Source: an uncultured Bacteroidota bacterium
GTDB lineage: Bacteria; Bacteroidota; Bacteroidia; Bacteroidales; DTGW01
Direction of reading: 5' to 3'
NCBI GenBank assembly: GCA_963701015.1
Contig: OY969556.1
Span: forward strand, 4,336,868 to 4,400,867
Length of the DNA: 64,000 nt
Shown in pieces: positions 56,801 to 64,000 of this stretch. Positions within the stretch are counted from its first letter, which is position 1. Every line of letters begins with the position of its first letter. A program made the translations under genes and the position numbers. The notes under the pieces were generated by a model that ran no database searches, had not been told where the DNA came from, and saw only the letters and a list, made by a program, of their open reading frames with translations.

Positions 56801-58010
56801 AATTTCTACCATTATATTTATTTAGTCCGCCTCCATAAGTCCCAATCCATAATATTCCTTCTTTATCTTTATATATTGAACGGATGGTATTGCTTGACAA
56901 ACTATTTGGGTTGCCTGGTTCATGCTTTATTAAGCCTATTTTTTTAGGCTTAATATCAAGAAGATTAATTCCATTATTCACTGTGCCAATCCATAAATGT
57001 CCTTTTTTGTCATAGAATAAATTGTCTATGTAATTATCACTTAAACTATTGCTGTTGCTAGGATTATTTTCCCAGTGATAAAAAATACTTTCTTTAAGGT
57101 CATATTTATCTAATCCGCCTGATTTGGTTCCAATCCAAAAGTCTCCTGACTCATCTTTAGTTATTGATGTTATTGAATTATCACTAATAGAACCATTATT
57201 TAATTTATCAGAAAAATAGTGTTTAAATGTTTCAGTTTGTGGATTAAATATATTTAATCCTTCTTCAGTTCCAATCCATATTTCTTTTTTATCATTTCTT
57301 TCAGCAATTGAAGTTATAATATTATTACTTAACGAATTAGAAGTGTTAAAATAATGTTGATATACTTTTAATATGCCTTTGGTTTTACTAAATTTTATAA
57401 GTCCGTTATTTGTTCCAATCCAAAGAATATTGTTCAATCCATCGAATATTATTCTTACGTCACTAAAAGTATTTTGAGGGAAATTTTGATAATTCAAAGC
57501 AAACCTTTTAAACTTATTTGTTTTTAAATTTAGGCAACATAGACCATTATTGGTTCCTATCCACAATAGGGTATCATTATCCAAAAGCATTGAATTATGA
57601 TGAAAAATAAAATTTGAAGGTAAACTTGTTGAATCATTTATATCATTGAAAAATGAAGTGAATCGGTTTAAAACCGGATTATATTTGTTTAATCCTCCAC
57701 CCTGGGTTCCAATCCAAAGATTACCTTTTGAATCTTCAACAACTGTACTTATAAAATTATCTGAGATTGATAATGAATCGGATGAAATATGTTTGAACAC
57801 TGTGAAATTATAGCCATCGTAACGATTAAGCCCATCAATAGTACCTATCCATATAAAACCTTTGCTATCTTTAAAAACACAGGTTATTGAATTATTTGAT
57901 AGTCCATTTTCTGTTGTTAATTGATGAAATAATGTCTGATTCTTCTGGGAAAATCCCCAAATATTAGTAAATGAAATAAGTATTAGAATCAGATACTTTT
58001 TATAAAACAT
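53802..58010 (-). CDS. hybrid two-component system sensor kinase/response regulator with AraC-type HTH (HTCS)
   Basis: Many periplasmic W(I/V)GT..GGL(N/D)KY propeller repeats and a Y_Y_Y-like region. One TM (WAFIIYAFILLLLLYFF), H-box ISHEFRTPLTLI, ATPase DTGIGI/GTGIGLTL, REC LMISDIMMPGMSG. The AraC HTH ends VGFTNTSYFAKCFQEEFGVTPKEF. Confidence 0.95.
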   Translation of the reverse strand: MFYKKYLILILISFTNIWGFSQKNQTLFHQLTTENGLSNNSITCVFKDSKGFIWIGTIDGLNRYDGYNFTVFKHISSDSLSISDNFISTVVEDSKGNLWIGTQGGGLNKYNPVLNRFTSFFNDINDSTSLPSNFIFHHNSMLLDNDTLLWIGTNNGLCCLNLKTNKFKRFALNYQNFPQNTFSDVRIIFDGLNNILWIGTNNGLIKFSKTKGILKVYQHYFNTSNSLSNNIITSIAERNDKKEIWIGTEEGLNIFNPQTETFKHYFSDKLNNGSISDNSITSITKDESGDFWIGTKSGGLDKYDLKESIFYHWENNPSNSNSLSDNYIDNLFYDKKGHLWIGTVNNGINLLDIKPKKIGLIKHEPGNPNSLSSNTIRSIYKDKEGILWIGTYGGGLNKYNGRNFVHYVHQPDNPNSLSHNIVSSIFEDSKGELWVGTWGGGLNILNKINGTFSRIYSGLPDFISDISEDNFGNIWLGCNSGLYIYNTKKSYAYRFDSETNAHDELTASSINKIIRDHNGNLWVATFDGLNKIILKNNAKPEIDSIIHFKKDFKNINSISENRTFSLHEDETGDIWIGTYTGGLNKLSVIKDNKGNIQYQFKCYTEKEGLSGNIIYGILEDKHNNLWMSTNNGISKFNFKKETFQNFNIDDGLQSNQFYWNAYFHDKTGEMYFGGINGLNYFQPDSIIISRNFPVVYITDFLLFNKSVLVTQQNDGEKVLTKSILFTKNIELSRRDYPFTFEFAAVIYKSQNKIKYAYKLENFDIGWLYTDAKKRYATYSHLRPGNYTFKVKSTNEDGIWNDKVTSINITVLPAIWETGWAFIIYAFILLLLLYFFRSQILTRARFKHEIQLQKLDRQRMEEYNDLKLRFFTNISHEFRTPLTLIIGPLEKLLTFEKIEKKAKDQLLLIQSGSKRLLHLINQLLEFRKIETGNFELKISKNNVIHLLQDIANLFNAKAKSNKLAYTVNLKINSAIIWFDEHIVETIVYNLLSNAFKFTPSGGKVSLSVVFLNEKEEEIIPDKDNISYMVIKVSDTGIGISQDKINEIFKSFYQINQPGGQMIRGTGIGLTLCKDLAIMHLGNINVNSTPNQGSEFTVKLSVHPSFFVEKNIKIEPEYSSNNQNITLLYKDEPDLQISTENIDLIEFDEPTVKNAPVILIIEDDIELIKFIGKLLEGSYKILYAMSGETGLKIAIKEAPDLMISDIMMPGMSGFEVCERIKTDIHLSHIPIILLTALSSLEDKLKGISTGADDYISKPFDQKLLIIRVEKLIEQRNKLRRFFQKEYTIIPNTPTLSSLDEQLLNKVINYIESKIAEPELGVDDISNEVGISSTHLYRKIKSLTDLSTNELIRKLRLKKAANLLSTHQGNVSQVMYDVGFTNTSYFAKCFQEEFGVTPKEFMAKK

Positions 58011-58240
58011 CTTATATCAATTTTAGATATAAACTTTTAATTCAGAAATATAGTAACATTTTTTAAATTAAGTGTTATTTGAACATATCTTATATTTTTT
58101 AATTATGAAAATGCTTATGTGAAGTTTTATTACAACATCTATTTATTAACTTTTATTGAATATAAAATTAACTTTTCCTCCGCATAAAATTGTTTTTATA
58201 TCATAACATTACATATTTTCGCAAATTATTTAATAAGTTT

Positions 58241-58248
58241 TAAATTTG
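58241..58248 (+). promoter_or_regulatory. candidate -7 promoter box (TAAATTTG) abutting speA start
   Basis: Fits TAnnTTTG and ends 7 nt before the ATG at 58256. Confidence 0.3.
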
Positions 58249-58255
58249 GGTTAAA

Positions 58256-60148
58256 ATGAGAAAGTGGCAAATTGAAGATTCAGCTGAGTTATACAACATT
58301 AATGGCTGGGGAATTGAATATTTTACCATCAATGATAAAGGTAATGTAATAGTTACTCCTAGGAAAAATGGAGCTTCAGTCGATTTGAAGGAATTACTTG
58401 ACGAACTTCAACTCATGGATGTTTCGACTCCTGTACTTGTTCGCTTCCCCGATATTCTCGACGATAGGATTATCACTATTTCCAATTGCTTTAAATCTGC
58501 CGCTGATGAATATGGTTACAAGGGACAAAATTTCACTGTTTTTCCAATCAAGGTTAACCAAATGCGTCCTGTTGTTGAAGAAATAGTTGGTCATGGTAAG
58601 AAATTCAATATTGGACTTGAAGCTGGTTCAAAACCCGAATTACATGCAGTTATTGCTATTAATACCGACCCTGAATCGTTGATTATTTGCAATGGATATA
58701 AGGATGAAAATTATATTGAATTGGCTTTGCTTGCCCAGAAAATGGGGAAACGTATTTACCTTGTTGTTGAAAAATTAAATGAACTCAAACTTATTGCTAC
58801 AATCTCAAAAAGACTTAAAATACGCCCAAATGTTGGCATTCGTGTAAAGTTAGCTAGCTCGGGCAGCGGTAAATGGGAAGATTCTGGCGGCGACGTGAGC
58901 AAATTTGGATTAACATCGAGTGAATTGCTCGAAGCGCTTGATTTTCTTGAACGCACCAAAATGAAGGATTGTCTGAAACTTATCCATTTTCATATTGGCA
59001 GTCAGGTTACTAAAATACGCCGTATTAAGAATGCTTTGCGCGAAGCTTCACAGTTTTATGTTGAACTTTGCAAAATGGGTTATAATGTTGAATTTGTTGA
59101 CATTGGCGGAGGATTGGGTGTTGATTATGATGGCACCCGATCAGCAAATAGTGAAAGTAGCGTAAATTATACCATTCAGGAATATGTTAACGACTCCATT
59201 AGCACCTTTGTTGATGCCAGCAACAAAAATAAAATCCCCCATCCAAATATTATAACAGAATCAGGACGTTCGTTGGCAGCACATCATTCGGTTTTAATTT
59301 TTGAAGTATTGGAAACAGCCACATTGCCTGCATGGGACGAAGATCAAACTATCACTGAGAACGATCATGAATTGGTTAAGGATATGTATGCATTATGGGA
59401 AACTATGAACCAACCACGTTTACTCGAAACATGGCACGACGCACAACAAATCCGTGAAGAAGCACTGGACCGTTTTAGCTTAGGATTCCTTGATCTTAAG
59501 ACCAGGGCATTGGTTGAAAGACTTTTCTGGTCTATAGCCCGTGAAGTATATCAAATGTCGAATGAAACAAAACATATTCCTGAAGAATTTAGGCAACTTT
59601 CTAAAATGCTTTCAGACAAATATTTTTGTAATTTTTCATTATTCCAAAGCTTGCCCGACTCCTGGGCAATTGACCAGATTTTCCCGATTATGCCAATTCA
59701 TCGTTTAGATGAGAAACCGACTTTTTCAGCAACTTTACAAGATATAACCTGTGACTCGGATGGTAAAATTGACAATTTTATATCTACCCGAAATGTTTCA
59801 TATAATTTACCTGTTCATAGCTTTAGCCCGAAGGAAAACTATTACATTGGGGTTTTTCTGGTAGGCGCTTACCAGGAAATATTGGGTGATTTACATAATT
59901 TATTTGGCGATACCAATGCAGTTCATGTAAAAGTGAACGAAGATGGATATAAAATTGACCAGGTTATAGATGGTGAAACTGTAGCCGAAGTATTGGATTA
60001 TGTACAATATAATTCAAAAAAACTTGTACGTACCGTTGAAACCTGGGTTACAACTTCAGTAAAAGCTGGTATAATTACTATGGAAGAAGGAAAAGAATTC
60101 CTATCCAATTATCGTTCAGGGTTATATGGCTATACTTATTTGGAATAA
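58256..60148 (+). CDS. speA: biosynthetic arginine decarboxylase
   Basis: 630 aa. FPIKVNQ (PLP lysine), FVDIGGGLGVDYDG, ESGRSLAAHHSVLIFEV and the C-terminal LGDLHNLFGDTNAVHV are present. Confidence 0.95.
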   Translation: MRKWQIEDSAELYNINGWGIEYFTINDKGNVIVTPRKNGASVDLKELLDELQLMDVSTPVLVRFPDILDDRIITISNCFKSAADEYGYKGQNFTVFPIKVNQMRPVVEEIVGHGKKFNIGLEAGSKPELHAVIAINTDPESLIICNGYKDENYIELALLAQKMGKRIYLVVEKLNELKLIATISKRLKIRPNVGIRVKLASSGSGKWEDSGGDVSKFGLTSSELLEALDFLERTKMKDCLKLIHFHIGSQVTKIRRIKNALREASQFYVELCKMGYNVEFVDIGGGLGVDYDGTRSANSESSVNYTIQEYVNDSISTFVDASNKNKIPHPNIITESGRSLAAHHSVLIFEVLETATLPAWDEDQTITENDHELVKDMYALWETMNQPRLLETWHDAQQIREEALDRFSLGFLDLKTRALVERLFWSIAREVYQMSNETKHIPEEFRQLSKMLSDKYFCNFSLFQSLPDSWAIDQIFPIMPIHRLDEKPTFSATLQDITCDSDGKIDNFISTRNVSYNLPVHSFSPKENYYIGVFLVGAYQEILGDLHNLFGDTNAVHVKVNEDGYKIDQVIDGETVAEVLDYVQYNSKKLVRTVETWVTTSVKAGIITMEEGKEFLSNYRSGLYGYTYLE

Positions 60149-60297
60149 ATTTATAAAATAAATCAAGTGCTTATATAATGAGATAAAAGTATTTGCTTTT
60201 TAAAATTTCGAATTATTGATTAACTGGTATTTAAGCTAGTTTTAGAATTATAAATTTATACTGTTCAATAAAGATTAATAACTTTAATCTTATTTAT

Positions 60298-61413
60298 ATG
60301 AACCTGAATTTAATTAATCTAATTTCGCTATTCTCAGGATTTTTGTTATTATTATTAGGTGTAATATTTGTTTTTTATCCGCATGGTAAAAAAGTCAGCA
60401 ATATTATTCTGGCAACTTTCATGTTTTCTAATAGTTTATTACTTCTTAATTTTTTTGCTTTTTTATCATTCAGCTCTTATATAACTACTTTCCCAATAAT
60501 AAATCATTTTGCTGGACAAACTTATTTATTGTTAGCACCCATACTTTTTTTGTATATAGTTTCACTTTGCAAAGATGAATTCAAAATTAGATTTAAACAT
60601 TTATTTCATGCTTTACCTTATATAATATTCGCAATTTACGCATGTTTACTCTATTATAGTAATGAATATAATGTAAAATTGAACAGAGAGTGGATATTAT
60701 TTAATTTATGGTATCATATACTATTACATCTTCAAATAATCTTATATATTATAATTTCATTTCGGGTTTTGATTAATTATCGTAATCGATTAAAGGACAG
60801 GTATTCAAGTTTAATTAAAATAAATTTAGTATGGGTAAATATATTATTATATTTATTTATCCTTATGTGGGTTACTGATTTACTAAATTTTTTATTATTT
60901 GAACTTAATTATAATACTCCAAGAATTTCAAATTATTTGATATATCAATCTTTAATAACAAATTTAATATTATGTATAAGTCTTATATTTAAAGGAATGC
61001 AACAAAATATTATTCCGTCAACAATAATTTCAGACTTAAAATATAGCCAAACAAAATTAGAAATAGATGATTATGAAAAATACAAATTGCAATTATTGGA
61101 TTTTATGACCAAACAAAAACCACACCTGGAGCCTAATTTAACTATCGATGAATTATCTGCAAAAACCAATATTCCTCAAAAATATCTATCGCAAACAATA
61201 AATACTTGCTTTAATTTAAATTTTAATAGTTTTATAAATAGTTACAGGGTAACTGAAGCAAAATGTTTAATGGAATCAGATATTAATAATTCAAAAACCA
61301 TCTACCATATTCTTCTTGATTCTGGGTTTAACTCAAAATCAGTGTTTAATGAGGCATTTAAAAAATTTGCAGGAACTACTCCAAAAGAATATCGATTAAA
61401 AATTAAGTCCTAA
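60298..61413 (+). CDS. membrane-anchored AraC family transcriptional regulator
   Basis: The N-terminal ~230 aa have 6-7 hydrophobic helices. The C-terminal AraC HTH reads LTIDELSAKTNIPQKYLSQTIN ... GFNSKSVFNEAFKKFAGTTPKEYR. Confidence 0.8.
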   Translation: MNLNLINLISLFSGFLLLLLGVIFVFYPHGKKVSNIILATFMFSNSLLLLNFFAFLSFSSYITTFPIINHFAGQTYLLLAPILFLYIVSLCKDEFKIRFKHLFHALPYIIFAIYACLLYYSNEYNVKLNREWILFNLWYHILLHLQIILYIIISFRVLINYRNRLKDRYSSLIKINLVWVNILLYLFILMWVTDLLNFLLFELNYNTPRISNYLIYQSLITNLILCISLIFKGMQQNIIPSTIISDLKYSQTKLEIDDYEKYKLQLLDFMTKQKPHLEPNLTIDELSAKTNIPQKYLSQTINTCFNLNFNSFINSYRVTEAKCLMESDINNSKTIYHILLDSGFNSKSVFNEAFKKFAGTTPKEYRLKIKS

Positions 61414-61449
61414 AACCGGAATTAGGTCGTTTAATTTTCATACCTGAAA

Positions 61450-61457
61450 TAGATTTG
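61450..61457 (+). promoter_or_regulatory. candidate -7 promoter box (TAGATTTG)
   Basis: Fits TAnnTTTG and lies 26 nt upstream of the ATG at 61484. Confidence 0.3.
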
Positions 61458-61483
61458 GGCATTTAAACTTAAATTTAGTAAGG

Positions 61484-63175
61484 ATGAAAAAGACATTTAT
61501 ATTATTTTACATGGCAATTTTAATTTATCATTCAATTTTTGCCAAAATAATGCATATCCCTGTTGATTATTCAACAATACAAATGGGAGTGAACTATGCA
61601 GTTAACGGAGATACAATTCTCGTCGCACCCGGTACATATTTTGAAAATATTTCATTAAAAGGTCAAAATATATTTCTATCAAGTTATTATGTTTTAAATA
61701 AAGACACAAGTTTTATAAGTAGAACAATTATTAATGGAAGTAAGCCAATAAGTAATGATACGGCAAGTTGTATATTAATATATTCCGGAGAAGATTCAAC
61801 CACTTTAATACAAGGTTTTACTATTACAAATGGCAAAGGTACTATTTGGCCAGATGTGGAATATGGTGGAAAATACAGAGAAGGCGGTGGTATTCTTATT
61901 GATAACTCATCACCTACAATTAAAAATAATATCATCATAAATAATATAGTAGATAACAAAATTGGGGTAAATAATATTGGCGGAGGCGGAATTAGAGCTC
62001 ACCACAGTCATTCATATTTTATAAATAATATAATTATTGGTAATAAAGGAAATTATGGCGGAGCTATTGCATTATATTATTCCGGATGTAATTTCTATAA
62101 TAATATAATTATTGGAAATACTACAGGTGCTGATTATGGTGGTGGAAATATATGGATTTCTCAAAATTATGCTAGAAAAAGATTGTTTGTTAACAATACT
62201 ATAGTTGGTAATTACTCAAGTGGTTTGGGCGGAGGAATATATGTTAACGCTACTGATGCAATATTATATAATAATATTATTTGGGGCAATGTTCAATCAT
62301 CTGGTTCTCAAATTTCAGGGAATTTAATAAATGCCAATTATAATTGCACTGAAAATAAATTTTCAGGAATTGGAAATATAACATTGAACCCTCTATTTTT
62401 AGATAGTACTTTAAATCTTGGTACACAATCGCCATGCATTGATGCAGGTGATACAAATAGTATTTATAACGATATTGAAGATACCGCAAATAATAGTTAT
62501 GCTCTTTTACCATCAAAAGGTAACCTGAGAAATGATCTTGGAGTTTATGGAGGGCCATTTTCTAACAATTTTCCACCATTTAAATTTGAAAATATTCAAA
62601 TTACTAAAACTTTAGATTTCGGAACAGTAAACACGCTTGATCAATTATATAGTAAAGGAATTGCTATATTAAATCAAAGTTCTAATAGCATTATAGTGGA
62701 TAGTATAAAATTTGTTAGCGGAACTTATTTAAATTTGATATCAAATAAAACAGATACAATAGGACCAATTCAAGCAGATTCGGTTTTTATACAATGGACA
62801 CCTCATATTTATGCTAGTATAAATGATACAATTTTAATTTACCATAATCAAATAAATTTACAAAATCCTTTAAAATGTCATATTACCGGCAAAGCTTCAT
62901 CTCCTTTATCTATCGGAAGTACTTCAACTTCACCTAGATTAATAATATATCCTAATCCCATAAATAAATCGGCAAAGCTCAAATATTTTAATATAAATGA
63001 AAATTCGATTTTAAATATTTGTGATTTAAATGGGAGAATTGTAAAATTTTTGGTCATTAAAAATACTGAAGGTAATGTAGATTTAAATTTAGATAATTTG
63101 AATAATGGTATATATATTTATGAACTTGAAAATAGTAGTACAACTTTAAATGGACATTTTTTAATTAACAGATAG
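61484..63175 (+). CDS. right-handed parallel beta-helix repeat protein with T9SS C-terminal sorting domain
   Basis: Repeated NN(I/T)I.GN...GGG(I) coils and the LNPLFLDSTLNLGTQSPCIDAGD motif common at the end of such beta-helices. The C-terminus IIYPNPINKSAKL...GIYIYELE fits the CTD. Confidence 0.75.
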   Translation: MKKTFILFYMAILIYHSIFAKIMHIPVDYSTIQMGVNYAVNGDTILVAPGTYFENISLKGQNIFLSSYYVLNKDTSFISRTIINGSKPISNDTASCILIYSGEDSTTLIQGFTITNGKGTIWPDVEYGGKYREGGGILIDNSSPTIKNNIIINNIVDNKIGVNNIGGGGIRAHHSHSYFINNIIIGNKGNYGGAIALYYSGCNFYNNIIIGNTTGADYGGGNIWISQNYARKRLFVNNTIVGNYSSGLGGGIYVNATDAILYNNIIWGNVQSSGSQISGNLINANYNCTENKFSGIGNITLNPLFLDSTLNLGTQSPCIDAGDTNSIYNDIEDTANNSYALLPSKGNLRNDLGVYGGPFSNNFPPFKFENIQITKTLDFGTVNTLDQLYSKGIAILNQSSNSIIVDSIKFVSGTYLNLISNKTDTIGPIQADSVFIQWTPHIYASINDTILIYHNQINLQNPLKCHITGKASSPLSIGSTSTSPRLIIYPNPINKSAKLKYFNINENSILNICDLNGRIVKFLVIKNTEGNVDLNLDNLNNGIYIYELENSSTTLNGHFLINR

Positions 63176-63190
63176 TTAGTGAAATAAAAA

Positions 63191-63225
63191 AATAACAGAC
63201 TGAATTGATAAAACAGTCTGTTATT
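63191..63225. terminator. bidirectional terminator between convergent genes
   Basis: 12-bp perfect stem aataacagactg / cagtctgttatt with an 11-nt loop. A T-run follows on the minus strand (the A-run at 63185-63190 on the plus strand). Confidence 0.7.
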
Positions 63226-63242
63226 ATAAAATTAAATTAACT

Positions 63243-64000
63243 TTAATACATCAAATGTACAATCTTATCCTCATTTCCTTCTTTTACTGAAAATGGCTTA
63301 ATCCTGAATGTATAGCTGTAATCTTTAGCAGGAATTAAATATTCACTATGTACTGGCGCTCCCCAGCTATTATCACCACCAATGCCCATTTGAATGAGGT
63401 CCAAATGCAATGTTATAAAATTGTTTTTACGTACATCACAAGCATGATGAAGTTGAGGCGACCAATTTAAATCGTCGGTATTGATGTTTAATGCACTTAC
63501 TGATAAGGTTGGTAAACCAACGGCTATTATTCCATTACCAAGGTTATCTTTTAACGCTATCCATCGTACATCGGTTAAATTACCACATTCCTGTGGACGA
63601 ACATATGGAAAGAAGAAATCATTTACATTGCGGGTAAATTGAGCCAGCATTGCCCCTGAATTTCTGTCCTGGTAATTTTCCTGTGGCTCACGTCCAAACC
63701 ACGTGACGTTTTCAAATTTCCCCGGAATTCCTAATTTCATCCCAACACGTGGAATATCTGGTAATCCTGATTTCTTTGGAATAAACTGATTGCGCTCCAA
63801 GATTTCTCCATTTCCCCAAACAGAATAACTTATTGAAAATTTTGCGTCAACAGTAGGAACATTATAGACAGTCCGGACATTTATTTGATAAGCATTTACC
63901 TGTATTATTGAAAAAGAATCAAGTGTCATAGTTGAAAATGCATTTTTCCAAATCCCCAAACGTTCAGGCATTTTGTTTCCATAATCATTATCTGTTGGGG
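63243..64000 (-). CDS. lacZ: beta-galactosidase (GH2, LacZ-like), C-terminal part; gene continues beyond window
   Basis: Homologous to the E. coli LacZ C-terminal domain: PTDNDYG, WFGREPQENYQDR (vs WLGLGPQENYPDR) and MGIGGDNSWG (vs MGIGGDDSWS). The frame stays open upstream of the listed Met to position 64000. Confidence 0.85.
   Translation of the reverse strand, partial: PTDNDYGNKMPERLGIWKNAFSTMTLDSFSIIQVNAYQINVRTVYNVPTVDAKFSISYSVWGNGEILERNQFIPKKSGLPDIPRVGMKLGIPGKFENVTWFGREPQENYQDRNSGAMLAQFTRNVNDFFFPYVRPQECGNLTDVRWIALKDNLGNGIIAVGLPTLSVSALNINTDDLNWSPQLHHACDVRKNNFITLHLDLIQMGIGGDNSWGAPVHSEYLIPAKDYSYTFRIKPFSVKEGNEDKIVHLMY

Overview
This is a low-GC, densely coding chromosomal segment that I assign to a Bacteroidota bacterium. 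The assignment rests on a SusC/SusD pair, a hybrid two-component regulator with an AraC domain, a PorQ-like gene and five proteins ending in type IX secretion (T9SS) C-terminal sorting domains. I call about 45 genes. I saw no rRNA, tRNA, CRISPR array, transposase or integrase. Housekeeping genes (ldh, gpmA, cmk, ispH, tadA, ispG, speA) are interspersed with four accessory blocks. (i) A stress/efflux block holds a 21-cysteine two-TM protein directly upstream of a TolC-MFP-RND pump, plus an orphan P-II gene. (ii) Four co-directional genes encode an S9 peptidase, a GlsA-like O-acyltransferase, a GlsB-like N-acyltransferase and a DapF-family protein in which both catalytic cysteines are serine. 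(iii) A 7-kb gene encodes a 2335-aa T9SS adhesin-like protein with five near-identical 240-bp tandem repeats. It is divergent from a multi-PAS kinase, a LuxR regulator and an extra receiver. (iv) A galactan-type PUL contains HTCS, SusC, SusD, GH2, an unknown T9SS-tailed protein and a T9SS-tailed GH53. The adjacent genes ispG and a PfkB kinase each carry a one-base frameshift at a short homopolymer. The only mobile-element-like signals are an isolated NUMOD4/HNH endonuclease gene and an isolated BRO-N/DinD-like gene. I found no clear defence-type or otherwise obviously new multi-gene system. The most novel-looking items are the Ser/Ser DapF-like gene in its lipid-gene context, the Cys-rich membrane protein, and the unknown T9SS protein inside the PUL. 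All calls come from reading the sequence and the ORF translations; no database search was possible.
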